Assembly: GCA_017619735.1 (NCBI GenBank)
Contig: JAFZRT010000012.1
Span: 319-64,318, forward strand
Source of the DNA: Clostridia bacterium
GTDB taxonomy: Bacteria > Bacillota > Clostridia > Christensenellales > CAG-138
Length of the DNA: 64,000 nucleotides
Reading direction: 5' to 3'
The notes under the pieces: generated by a model
The model's input: only the letters and a program-made list of their open reading frames with translations
Told to the model about the DNA's origin: nothing
The model's database searches: none
Program-made: the position numbers and the translations under genes
Shown: positions 1-9,189 of the stretch, one piece after another
Position numbering within the stretch: position 1 is the stretch's first letter
Layout of the letters: every line of letters begins with the position of its first letter

Positions 1-70
1 CATGCCCGGCGAGATACTGAACACTCCCGCCTATACCGAGGCCTATGAGATGGGCAGAAGCATCAAATAA
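1..70 (+). CDS. C-terminal end of a probable flavodoxin/NADPH-dependent FMN reductase family protein (partial)
   Basis: Frame from nt 2 reads MPGEILNTPAYTEAYEMGRSIK-stop, resembling the 'AYEMGKSI' C-terminus of this family. Confidence 0.5.
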   Translation, partial: MPGEILNTPAYTEAYEMGRSIK

Positions 71-96
71 TCAGCAATACTTGGGAGGAAAAAACA

Positions 97-1260
97 ATGC
101 AGAATTTCAATTACATGACGCCGACCCGCCTCATATTCGGCAAAGGGGTCGTCTCACAGCTCCCCGAGGTCATGAGCGCATTCGGCAAAAAGATACTGCT
201 CACCTACGGCGGAGGCAGCATCAAGAAGATCGGCCTTTACGATAAGGTCAAGGAGCTTTTGAAGGACTGGGAGATCGTCGAGCTTTCCGGCATCCAGCCG
301 AACCCGAAATACGATCCCAGCGTTCTCGAAGGCGTCAGGCTCTGCAAGGAGCATGATATCGACGTCATCCTCGCCGTTGGCGGCGGCAGCGTGCTCGACT
401 GCTCGAAAGCGATAGCGGCGGGAGCCAAGTACGACGGCGATCCCTGGGATCTCATCTCATACAAGGTCAAGGCGCATGCGGCGCTGCCCATCGTGGACAT
501 AATCACCCTTGCCGCCACGGGCAGCGAGTACGACGCGGGCGGAGTCATCTCCCGCACCGAAACGAACGACAAGATCGGCTACATCGATCCGCTGCTCTAT
601 CCCGCGGTATCGTTCCTCGATCCGACGTACACCTTCACCGTGTCGAAGAAGCAGACCGCGGCGGGCTGCGCGGACGCCATGAATCATATTATGGAACAGT
701 ATTTCTGCGAGGACTCCACCCTGCTGAACGACGGCTTCATGGAGGCGGCGCTCAAGAGCCTCATGGTGAACACGGTCAAGTGCCTTAAAAATCCCGAGGA
801 TTACACGGCGAGAGCCGAGATGATGCTTACCTGCACCTACGGCTGCAACGGCATCTATTCCCTCGGCAGCAGCCAGTCCGGCTGGCCCTGCCACGGCATG
901 GAGCACGCGCTCTCCGCGTATTACGACATCACCCACGGCGAGGGCTTGGCTATCATCACTCCGCGCTGGATGAAGCACATTCTCAGCGAAAAGACCGTCT
1001 CACGCTTTGTGAAGTACGGCGTGAACGTGTTCGGCATCGATCCCGCTCTCGACGACTTTGAGATCGCGGAAAGGGCGATAAAGGCTACTTATGATTTCTT
1101 CGAGTCGATCGGCATCCCGATGCACCTTCGCGAGGTCGGCATCGACGAATCGCGCATCGGCGAGATGGCGCATCACGTAGCCGAGAACGAAGGCCTTGAG
1201 GAGGCATGGGCTCCGCTCCTTGAAAAGGATATCGCCGAGATATTCACGGAATCGCTGTAA
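97..1260 (+). CDS. Iron-containing alcohol dehydrogenase (butanol dehydrogenase BdhA/B-like)
   Basis: 387 aa; GGGS and GGGSVLD motifs, TGSE, HGMEH and ITHGEG metal ligands; GGAGG RBS. Confidence 0.92.
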   Translation: MQNFNYMTPTRLIFGKGVVSQLPEVMSAFGKKILLTYGGGSIKKIGLYDKVKELLKDWEIVELSGIQPNPKYDPSVLEGVRLCKEHDIDVILAVGGGSVLDCSKAIAAGAKYDGDPWDLISYKVKAHAALPIVDIITLAATGSEYDAGGVISRTETNDKIGYIDPLLYPAVSFLDPTYTFTVSKKQTAAGCADAMNHIMEQYFCEDSTLLNDGFMEAALKSLMVNTVKCLKNPEDYTARAEMMLTCTYGCNGIYSLGSSQSGWPCHGMEHALSAYYDITHGEGLAIITPRWMKHILSEKTVSRFVKYGVNVFGIDPALDDFEIAERAIKATYDFFESIGIPMHLREVGIDESRIGEMAHHVAENEGLEEAWAPLLEKDIAEIFTESL

Positions 1261-1308
1261 ACTTAAGCATTGCAGGCGATATGAACCGCTGTTTTGAAAG
1301 GACATGAA

Positions 1309-1638
1309 ATGATTACTATAGAAGATTTCGACAAGGTGGAAATGAGGGCGGGAACCGTAATCGACGTCAAGGATAACAAGAAATCCCGCAACCCCGCTTA
1401 CGTTGTTTCCATCGACTTTGGAGAGGAGATCGGGATCAAAAAATCGTCGGCTCAAATCACAAAGCTATATAAGCCCGAGGATCTGATAGGCACTCAGGTC
1501 ATATGCTGTGTGAACCTGACTCCTATCCATATCGGTTCCGTAAAAAGCGAGGTTCGCATACTCGGAACGGAATCCGAACAGGGCGTCGTACTGTTAAGAC
1601 CGACGGAAACTGTTAAAAACGGAGATAAAGTATTCTGA
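1309..1638 (+). CDS. csaA: tRNA-binding/chaperone protein, CsaA/Trbp111 family
   Basis: DFDKVEMRAG, KKSSAQIT, SEVRILG, NGDKVF motifs. Confidence 0.85.
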   Translation: MITIEDFDKVEMRAGTVIDVKDNKKSRNPAYVVSIDFGEEIGIKKSSAQITKLYKPEDLIGTQVICCVNLTPIHIGSVKSEVRILGTESEQGVVLLRPTETVKNGDKVF

Positions 1639-1669
1639 AGGTAGATATCGAAATGAAGCAGCAGCGCGT

Positions 1670-1698
1670 TTGAAATGGACGCTTCGGCATGGTATAAT
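1670..1698 (+). promoter_or_regulatory. sigmaA-type promoter of the macro-SirTM operon
   Basis: TTGAAA-17 bp-TATAAT with extended TG. Confidence 0.7.
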
Positions 1699-1733
1699 CG
1701 CTGTGATGATAATTATCTGAATGGAGCGAAGCT

Positions 1734-2555
1734 GTGACACAGGAAGAAAGACTTGCTTTTCTTGTCGAGGCCTTCAAAAGAGACTCGATCAAATACGCCG
1801 ACTATCCGACTCCCGCTGATACTGAGGGAAAACGGAGGCTTTTGCGTTCGCTGATGAATATACGCATGCCGAAGCCTCTGCCGGATGAGGTCGTCTCTAT
1901 TCAGGACGAATACCTCAAAAATAGCATTCGGGAGAACGGCATAGTCTCGCTTGCGGATATCCCCACGCTTGCGGACCGGGGAAGTGTGATCGGAAATTCA
2001 GACAGACTATCCCTCTGGCAGGGCGATATAACGCGCCTTGCCGTGGACGCGATCGTCAACGCCGCAAATTCGCAGATGCTCGGGTGCTTCGTACCGATGC
2101 ATACCTGCATCGACAACTGCATCCACACATTCGCTGGCGTGCAGCTGCGCGCGGAGTGCGCAAGGCAGATGGCCGAGCTGCGTTCCGTTTACGGCAACGA
2201 CTATGAACAGCCCACCGCCGTTCCGATGCTGACCGAAGGTTTCAACCTCCCCGCGAAGAAGATCATCCATATCGTCGGGCCGATAGTCTCGGGCAGACTC
2301 ACCGCAAAGAACGAAAGGGAGCTTGCGGAATGCTATAAAAACACGCTTGACATGTGCGCGGAAAACGGGCTCCGCTCGGTCGCCTTCTGTTGTATCTCGA
2401 CGGGCGTATTCGGCTTCCCGAAGGAGCGGGCGGCCCAAATCGCGGTTGAAACCGTGACGAAATGGCTGAAGACGCATTCATATGACATTGACCGTGTGAT
2501 ATTTAACGTATTCACGGAAAGGGACAGGGAGATATATGAGCGGATCCTTCGATGA
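1734..2555 (+). CDS. Zn-macrodomain protein-ADP-ribose hydrolase
   Basis: GDIT..DAIVNAAN, GCFVPMHTCIDNCIH zinc insert, IHIVGP, CCISTGVFGFP. Confidence 0.92.
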   Translation: MTQEERLAFLVEAFKRDSIKYADYPTPADTEGKRRLLRSLMNIRMPKPLPDEVVSIQDEYLKNSIRENGIVSLADIPTLADRGSVIGNSDRLSLWQGDITRLAVDAIVNAANSQMLGCFVPMHTCIDNCIHTFAGVQLRAECARQMAELRSVYGNDYEQPTAVPMLTEGFNLPAKKIIHIVGPIVSGRLTAKNERELAECYKNTLDMCAENGLRSVAFCCISTGVFGFPKERAAQIAVETVTKWLKTHSYDIDRVIFNVFTERDREIYERILR

Positions 2556-3516
2556 CAACGCATATCTCGGTACGATACAGAAGGGCATAAACGCCGTGCG
2601 TGGGTTACGCTCTGGCCTTTCCGTCTGCTCCGGCAGCAAAGAGGAGAATATCGCCCGCTTAAAGTATGAGCTTGCTTCCGCCGACGCTATAGTCATAGGC
2701 GCCGGCGCGGGGCTTTCTACAGCGGCAGGCCTTACATATTCCGGCGAACGCTTCGAACGCTATTTCTTCGATTTCAAAGAGATTTTCGGCATAACCGATA
2801 TGTACTCCGGCGGCTTCTATCCGTTCCCCGATGACGAGACCCGCTGGGCATGGTGGGCAAGGCATATCTATTTCAATCGCTATATCGACCCGCCGAAGCC
2901 GGTCTATAACGACCTGCTCAAGCTCGTAAATGACAAGGACTATTTCGTGATAACCACGAACGTCGATCATCAGTTTCAGCGGGCGGGATTTGACAAAAAG
3001 CGCCTGTTTTATACGCAGGGCGATTACGGGCTTTTCCAGACGGTAAACGGCAGGAACGGTAAGACCTACGACAACCGTGATTGGGTGATCCGTGCGATGG
3101 CCGCGCAGAGATTCATTCCCAATGAAAACGGCGTGTTTGAAGTGCCGGAGGACCGCCTCATCTCAATGCGGATCCCCACCGAACTGATACCGCGCTGCCC
3201 GGATGACAGAAGCGCAGTCACGATGAATCTAAGATCCGACGATACCTTTGTCGAGGACGCGGGCTGGCACGAGGCGTCGAAACGCTATGCGGATTTCCTA
3301 AAGGCTCATGAAGGCCGGCACGTTCTGTATCTCGAGCTCGGCGTAGGTGCGAATACGCCGACGATAATAAAGTACCCGTTCTGGGCTCTGACGATCGAGA
3401 ACCCCAACGCCGTCTATGCCTGCATCAATTACGGCGAAGCGTTCTGCCCCAAGCAGATAGAAAAATGGTCGATTCTTATTAACGGCGATATCGCCGAGAT
3501 AATCGAAGCGATCTGA
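2536..3516 (+). CDS. Class M sirtuin (SirTM-like ADP-ribosyltransferase)
   Basis: GAGAGLS, TTNVDHQF, QGDYG (Gln in place of the catalytic His), LELGVGANTP; overlaps the macro gene. Confidence 0.88.
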   Translation: MSGSFDDNAYLGTIQKGINAVRGLRSGLSVCSGSKEENIARLKYELASADAIVIGAGAGLSTAAGLTYSGERFERYFFDFKEIFGITDMYSGGFYPFPDDETRWAWWARHIYFNRYIDPPKPVYNDLLKLVNDKDYFVITTNVDHQFQRAGFDKKRLFYTQGDYGLFQTVNGRNGKTYDNRDWVIRAMAAQRFIPNENGVFEVPEDRLISMRIPTELIPRCPDDRSAVTMNLRSDDTFVEDAGWHEASKRYADFLKAHEGRHVLYLELGVGANTPTIIKYPFWALTIENPNAVYACINYGEAFCPKQIEKWSILINGDIAEIIEAI

Positions 3517-3533
3517 ACGACAAATTAACGATC

Positions 3534-3562
3534 AGCCCCGGCCTTTTACGGCTCGGGGTTTT
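3534..3562 (+). terminator. Rho-independent terminator
   Basis: GC-rich hairpin followed by a T run after the SirTM stop. Confidence 0.6.
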
Positions 3563-3671
3563 CCTTATCTGCAGCCACAGGACGGTTCAAGTCCTCTTGC
3601 CCGCACTTTTCCCCCGAGAGGTATTCGCGTAAAAAGCACATTAAAGACTCCCTCTTTATACGGCTTTATGT

Positions 3672-3699
3672 TTGAAAAGGCGCTGCAGCGTGGTATAAT
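3672..3699 (+). promoter_or_regulatory. sigmaA-type promoter
   Basis: TTGAAA-16 bp-TATAAT with extended TG. Confidence 0.65.
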
Positions 3700-3737
3700 C
3701 ATATTGAACAGATCATTACGATAACGGAGGCCAAGCA

Positions 3738-4397
3738 ATGACGGTCATCATCGCGTGCAGCTCGCTCAGGGAGTACGTTGAATACGCGCAGAAGAAGGTC
3801 GGGACTGACCATCCCGTGTATTATCTAGACCGCAAATACCACCGCGATCCCGCTGAGATGCGCTCTCACCTGATCGGGACGATCAGGAGTCTCCCGGAGG
3901 ATACCGAGACCGTGCTCGTCGCTATGGGCTTCTGCGGCGGCTCGTGGGAAGGAGTCAGCGCGCCTTGCCGTATTGTGCTGCCGAGGGTGGACGACTGCGT
4001 TTCGCTGCTTCTGCAGACGGGCGACGAGCCGAGATCGGATCTGAAAACGCCAAGGCATCTATACGTCCGCGCCTTGGATCCGTCGACCGAATCTTTCAAA
4101 GCGATTTTCGATCAAATGACGGCGGATAAGGATGATGAGACGAGGCGTCGTTATCACGAGGACTGGAAAAGTTATTACGACTGCGTCTCCATCATCGATA
4201 CGGGCATCAACGATTGCCGCAGGAAGGACTATTTCGATACCGTTAAAAAGGACGCTGACTGGCTTGACGCAAGAACGGAATACGTCTCCGGCGGCGCTCA
4301 TCTTATCGAAAAGCTTCTTCGCGGGGAATGGGACGAACAGTTCCTCGTGCTTGAGCCGAACACGGCTGTATCAAAAGACGAAATGCTGATCGTATGA
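3738..4397 (+). CDS. DUF1638-like protein
   Basis: IIAC, GFCGG, DDCVSLLL, IIDTG, LLRGEWDEQFLV motifs; GGAGG RBS. Confidence 0.75.
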   Translation: MTVIIACSSLREYVEYAQKKVGTDHPVYYLDRKYHRDPAEMRSHLIGTIRSLPEDTETVLVAMGFCGGSWEGVSAPCRIVLPRVDDCVSLLLQTGDEPRSDLKTPRHLYVRALDPSTESFKAIFDQMTADKDDETRRRYHEDWKSYYDCVSIIDTGINDCRRKDYFDTVKKDADWLDARTEYVSGGAHLIEKLLRGEWDEQFLVLEPNTAVSKDEMLIV

Positions 4398-4403
4398 GGG
4401 AAA

Positions 4404-5033
4404 ATGAAGAGGCGAAATATGACTCAACGCGAAAGAATGATAAAGGGTCTGATTTACGACCCGATGGATGAAGAACTTTTGAAAGAGCAGTTCCCTTTTC
4501 AGGACATGCTCTGGGAGTTCAATCAATTAAAGCCATCCGATATCGTGAAAAAAGAACAATACATGAAGGCGGTATTTGCCGAATGCGGCGAGAAATGCTA
4601 TATCGAGCTGCCCTTCCACGCCAACTGGGGCGGCAGCCACGTGCATTTCGGCTCGGGTGTTTACGCCAATTCCAATCTCACTCTCGTTGACGACGGGCAC
4701 ATTTACGTCGGGGACAAAGTGATGTTCGGCCCGAACGTGACTATCGCGACGGCAAATCACCCCATCGATCCCGAGCTTCGCGCGAGGGGGCTGCAGTACA
4801 ACAAGGACGTGCGTATCGGCGAGAACGCGTGGCTCGGAGCGGGGGTGATCGTCGTTCCCGGCGTCACGATCGGAAAGAACGCGGTCATCGGCGCGGGAAG
4901 CGTCGTTACGAAGGACATTCCCGATAATGTCGTCGCGGTCGGCAATCCCTGCCGGGTGCTGAGGGAGGTCTCGGAGCGCGATAGGAAGTACTTCTACAAG
5001 AATGAGCCGATCGACCGTGAGGAACTGGAATGA
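4404..5033 (+). CDS. Sugar O-acetyltransferase (maltose/galactoside acetyltransferase family)
   Basis: Hexapeptide repeats, ANHPIDPELR, GAGSVVTKDIP, GNPCRV. Confidence 0.9.
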   Translation: MKRRNMTQRERMIKGLIYDPMDEELLKEQFPFQDMLWEFNQLKPSDIVKKEQYMKAVFAECGEKCYIELPFHANWGGSHVHFGSGVYANSNLTLVDDGHIYVGDKVMFGPNVTIATANHPIDPELRARGLQYNKDVRIGENAWLGAGVIVVPGVTIGKNAVIGAGSVVTKDIPDNVVAVGNPCRVLREVSERDRKYFYKNEPIDREELE

Positions 5034-5543
5034 ATGAAACCGGATACGGAGGAACAGCCCATGGAACAGTCTTTCAGACCAATGCGCCGCTTCAAGCAGG
5101 CGATTTCCGAGGAGGAATGCAGGAGCCTTCTCAAAACCGAAAAGCGGGGCACGCTGGCCGTTATCGGCGACGGCGGGTATCCATACGCCCTGCCCATCAA
5201 TTTCTATTACGATGAAGCCGAAAACAAGCTCTATTTCCATTGTTCGCGCGAGGGACACAAGGCCGACGCAATGAATAGCTTCGATAAGATCTGCTTTACC
5301 GTACACGACGCGGGAGAGCAGCGCGGCGACTGGTCATACTACGTCAAAAGCGTTATCGTGTTCGGCAGAGCCAAGCAGGTCGAGGATCCGACCGTCAAAT
5401 ACGAAAAGGCCCGGGCTTTCGGCATGAAGTATTATCCGAGCATGGAGGAGCTCGACGCGGAGCTCAAGCGGGATCTCGACCGCGTCCGGATCATGGAAAT
5501 AACCATCGAGCACATGAGCGGCAAGCTCGTGCACGAGAAGTGA
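5034..5543 (+). CDS. Pyridoxamine 5'-phosphate oxidase-like (NimA-like) flavin-binding protein
   Basis: MRRFKQ, GYPYALP, YFHCSREGHK, SVIVFG, EHMSGK. Confidence 0.85.
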   Translation: MKPDTEEQPMEQSFRPMRRFKQAISEEECRSLLKTEKRGTLAVIGDGGYPYALPINFYYDEAENKLYFHCSREGHKADAMNSFDKICFTVHDAGEQRGDWSYYVKSVIVFGRAKQVEDPTVKYEKARAFGMKYYPSMEELDAELKRDLDRVRIMEITIEHMSGKLVHEK

Positions 5544-5575
5544 GGACAATTCATTAAACAACGCGGCAAAAAAAG

Positions 5576-6046
5576 ATGATACTCGCATATCTTCCAGTAG
5601 GCGGAAACGGTGCATCCGAGTATCTTCTCCCGACAATCTTTCCGGAGGGGATAGAGACCGTTCCGCGCCGTTTTGCGATCACCTTTCGCAACAGATGGAT
5701 GATCGCGCAGTCCGACTGCGTTGTGACGCACGTCACAAATCATATCGCTTCCGGCGCGGCGCAGTTCAAAGCGCTTGCCGAAAAGCATGGGAAAACGGTC
5801 AACAAAGGCGAGTACAAGAAAACGAAGCTCCCGCTTGCCGAAGAGCTCATATTCGGGCTCATGGCATTGGGGAAGGAAGTATCCGCATCAAGCGTTTACG
5901 GCCTTCTGAAGGCTCACGGTATCAGCGAACGCACGGCAAACGAGGCGAAGAAGAATCTCGGAATCGATTCCAAGAAGCAGAAGGACGGCAGCTGGGCCTG
6001 GCTCCCGCCGAAGCAGGAGACCGAACAGCTCTCCATTCAGGACTAA
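5576..6046 (+). pseudogene. Chimeric ORF: SLOG/DUF1273-like fragment fused to an AAA_25/RepA-like C-terminal winged-helix fragment
   Basis: N-half PEGIETVPRRFAI..RNRWMIAQSDCVV..GAAQ; C-half GISERTANEAKKNLGI..W; both lack their normal N-termini. Confidence 0.5.
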
Positions 6047-6198
6047 GATTGCTGCTCTCGAACGGCGTTCCGATGAAGCAGATCCAGGAGTGGCTCGGCC
6101 ACAGTGACTTCTCAACGACGGCGAATATTTACTCGCATTTGGAGTACAGCTCGAAGTTGATTTCGGCGAATTCGATCTCTCAAAGTCTCAATGAGTGA
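6030..6198 (+). pseudogene. Tyrosine integrase C-terminal fragment
   Basis: LLLSNGVPMKQIQEWLGHSDFSTTANIYSHL (LGH..Y box); upstream catalytic boxes missing. Confidence 0.85.
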
Positions 6199-6213
6199 CC
6201 GCCGTTCTCTCGG

Positions 6214-6281
6214 GGAGAGAACAAAGCGATGTTCAAAAAGCTAATTGAATACTGGGAAAACCGGGTGCTTTTGTTCTCTCC
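6214..6281. repeat. Inverted 12-bp GGAGAGAACAAA pair, putative integrase arm sites
   Basis: 6214-6225 and its reverse complement at 6270-6281; identical 12-mer at 9769-9780. Confidence 0.65.
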
Positions 6282-6718
6282 TTTGACTTGATTTAATGAT
6301 TATATTCTGGCCCAAAATGTGCAAAATCCGGCGAAAATCGAGCATTTTTAGGACGACCGTGCGAGAAAGCGAGAGAAAAAGAAAAGCCAGAAAACCTAAT
6401 GATTTACTGGCTTTTCTTGCCTGAAGAATGCTGTTTCAACAGACTCGGGGTAATCATCAGATTCCGTAAAGCGCACATTGATCCGATGGTTTCACAGGAG
6501 AACAGTTGTTTCGTCCTTCTCAATAGTTTTTTGATCTTTCCGCTATTCCGGGAAACCTTTTGAGTTGCCTCATTTGTAATTTGCTTCCGGCTATGCAGAC
6601 CCGGAGAAGGATCGATCACTATACTTTTTGAAATCCTCTGTTTGCTCCGGGATGACGTTGCAGACTTTCTCAAAGATCTCAAAAGGCGCAGGCGGATAAC
6701 CGTGCCTGCTGATGTATC

Positions 6719-8059
6719 TCACAGCTTTTTGCAGGGCAGATCGTTGATCATCATCACGCCCTCTCGGAACGTGAGCTTTGCCATGCCGGCTTTCCTGCCG
6801 AATACGTTATCGCCGAGGGGGTAAAGCTTGACGATCTCTTTGCCGCCAAGGTCGTCAAGCACCGACGCGAAGAGTTCACCGTCCTTCAGCATGACCTCCT
6901 CTATCATGAGGTCCTCGTCGTTCATCTCGTATCTGCCGCAGAAGCTCTCCCAGTTCGTACGGTCGGGCTCCGATATCGCGATATCCTCAAGCGCGATCAG
7001 GGGCTTGGGCTCCTCTCCGCTGATGATCGCGTCCAGACCGGTCACAAAGCCGTTGTACGCCCGCGCGTCCGTATGATCGCGGTCGCAGAGGGTGATGAGC
7101 ACGGCGTCCCGATCGAGCCAACGCTTGATAAGGGCGGTGTAGCCGGGCAGATACCCGGTGTGGAACGCAACGATATTCCCGTCGTCATCGGGCATGAGCC
7201 CCCAGCCGAAGCCGTAGCCGTTGCCGATCTCGCCGTTATTGAGGCGCACGGGCTCGGTCATCGTTTCCTGTTCTTCCTCCGTGAGCAGCGAACATGAGCG
7301 CAGCGCCCTGTCCCAAGCATACAGGTCGAGTATGCTGCTCTTGACGTAGCCCGCGCCGTCCGTGCCGTCCATACCGGCGACGACGTCCTTCCACCTAGAC
7401 TGCTCGGCAAGCTTCCATTCCCCATCCTCGAAGACCTGCCCGAGAGCGAGGTTTTCGATCGTGAGACCGTCCTTGATGCGGTGAATAAGCAGGGTATTTG
7501 TCATGCCGGAGGGCTCGAATACGCGCTTTTTGAGGAACTCTGAAAACGGCATGCCCGAGAGCTTCTCGGTGAGCATGGCAAGAAGGGCGTAGCCGGTGTT
7601 GCAGTATTCCCAGCCGTCGCCCGGCGCGAAATGCGCCGGTTCGCCGCAGTCCTTAAGGAAGGGCAGCACAGCGCTGTTGTCCGGTATCCCACCGCCCTCG
7701 GTGATGAGACTCATAAAATACGGGATATAATCCGGAAGTCCGCTCGTGTGGGTCAGAAGATGCCTGATCTTCACGCCCGTGTACGGGATCTCAGGGAAGT
7801 GATCCGTGATCGCGTCGTCGAGTGTGAGCAGTCCGTCACGCACAAGCAGCATGATTGCGGTCGCCGTCATCGGCTTGCTGACCGAGCCGATATCAAAGAG
7901 CGTATCCTCTCGAACGGGTATAACGCCCGCGGGGTCGCAAAAGCCGATCGCGCCCTTCGACACTATCTCACCGTTCTCGGCATACAGCCAGCTCCCCGAG
8001 AAAGCTCCCTTTTCAAAGGCTTCGCGGGTCAATTTTTTCATCATCGCGTTCTTATCCAT
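6719..8059 (-). CDS. Serine hydrolase, beta-lactamase/AmpC-like family
   Basis: SVSK (SxxK), LLTHTSGL, YCN (YxN), HTG; start placed after AAGGAG RBS. Confidence 0.88.
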   Translation of the reverse strand: MDKNAMMKKLTREAFEKGAFSGSWLYAENGEIVSKGAIGFCDPAGVIPVREDTLFDIGSVSKPMTATAIMLLVRDGLLTLDDAITDHFPEIPYTGVKIRHLLTHTSGLPDYIPYFMSLITEGGGIPDNSAVLPFLKDCGEPAHFAPGDGWEYCNTGYALLAMLTEKLSGMPFSEFLKKRVFEPSGMTNTLLIHRIKDGLTIENLALGQVFEDGEWKLAEQSRWKDVVAGMDGTDGAGYVKSSILDLYAWDRALRSCSLLTEEEQETMTEPVRLNNGEIGNGYGFGWGLMPDDDGNIVAFHTGYLPGYTALIKRWLDRDAVLITLCDRDHTDARAYNGFVTGLDAIISGEEPKPLIALEDIAISEPDRTNWESFCGRYEMNDEDLMIEEVMLKDGELFASVLDDLGGKEIVKLYPLGDNVFGRKAGMAKLTFREGVMMINDLPCKKL

Positions 8060-8100
8060 GGTTGACTCCTTTCGTCTGTCCAATAATACTTTATAAACCT

Positions 8101-9189
8101 TTATTTCGTATCGTCCATGTTTTCTTCGGCTGAAACGCTTTCCCACAGCGAGGCGAGCGCATCTATGCCGGAGCCCTTTGCGACGTTCTCAACGGCCTGC
8201 GCCGCCGTCGCGCCGACGTCGTCGTATGCGCTTACGTCCCCGACGCGGTCTACAAAGCGGATGTCGGCCGCCTCGTAGCTGGGCTTAGCGTCGAAGAACG
8301 CGGCAAGCGTCTTCGCGCTTAAGAGCGAAGCGAGCGCCTCTTCGTCCTTGCCCTCAAGCAGCTGCGTGCCGGCACGCGCCGTCAGCAGTATGCTGCAGAC
8401 CTTATCGAGGTAATTTGGCTTTGAGCCCTTGCGCAGTCCCGAAAACACGTCGACGGCCCAACTGAGTATCGCCTCCGCGGAAGCGTAGTCGCCTCGCTGC
8501 GTGAACACGTTCATGCAGCCGATGACTGTATCGCAGAGCTGCGTGAATATGCTTGTGAACGCCTTTGAAAGATAGGGCGCTGCCTCATCGGTCCTCTTGC
8601 ACACGGCGAGGATATGGCCTATATCGTGGTCAAAAAGCCCGCCGGCATTGGACTTTTTCAAAAGCTCGACGCCCTTTTCGGTCTCGTCCACAGCCAGATA
8701 TACGCGCGCGATCTTTCCGCAGATCGTCTGATCGCCGATCTCGGGATCCCCGTTCTGCCCGAGTAGCATACGGGACCGCTCAAACAGCTCAAGCGCACGC
8801 CGGAGCAGCGCACGGTCCCCGCTCTCAAAGCCGAAACCGCTGTAAAGGAGGGCGCATTGGTAAACGATACGGAAGGAATAGTGATATTTCTTCAGCGCCT
8901 TTTCCGCTTCCGCGAGCCCTTCGCGATCCTTTTTTCGGCGGTATTCACGCAGGCGCTGTTCCATCGTCTCAAGGCGGTTGTCGTTCATCCGATAGCCTAA
9001 AAGCGCGTCCACCGAAGTGTCGAAGAAATCCGCCATCCTTATGAGCAGCAGTATGTCCGGCATGTTCAGTCCCGATTCCCATTTGTGAACCGCGCCGACG
9101 GTCACACCGAGCACCTCGGCAAGCTGCTCCTGCGTCAGCCTCCGTTCCTTGCGCAGCGCGCGGATATTGCCCGAAAGTCCGATCTGCAT
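8101..9189 (-). CDS. XRE-family HTH regulator with TPR-like helical C-terminus
   Basis: LRKERRLTQEQLAEVLGVTVGAVHKWESG; long helical tail. Confidence 0.85.
   Translation of the reverse strand: MQIGLSGNIRALRKERRLTQEQLAEVLGVTVGAVHKWESGLNMPDILLLIRMADFFDTSVDALLGYRMNDNRLETMEQRLREYRRKKDREGLAEAEKALKKYHYSFRIVYQCALLYSGFGFESGDRALLRRALELFERSRMLLGQNGDPEIGDQTICGKIARVYLAVDETEKGVELLKKSNAGGLFDHDIGHILAVCKRTDEAAPYLSKAFTSIFTQLCDTVIGCMNVFTQRGDYASAEAILSWAVDVFSGLRKGSKPNYLDKVCSILLTARAGTQLLEGKDEEALASLLSAKTLAAFFDAKPSYEAADIRFVDRVGDVSAYDDVGATAAQAVENVAKGSGIDALASLWESVSAEENMDDTK

Noticed and set aside
5695-6198. 167-aa ORF as an intact gene
   Set aside because: Only the last ~55 codons are integrase-like; the rest is an alternative frame of the chimera.
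6404-6682. 92-aa ORF and an IS-like end TTTCAACAGACTC near 6434
   Set aside because: No RBS, no recognisable motif, and no partner inverted repeat or transposase.
5034-8059. Calling the NimA-like and beta-lactamase-like genes resistance determinants
   Set aside because: Family motifs only; both families are mostly non-resistance enzymes and the hydrolase lacks a signal peptide.
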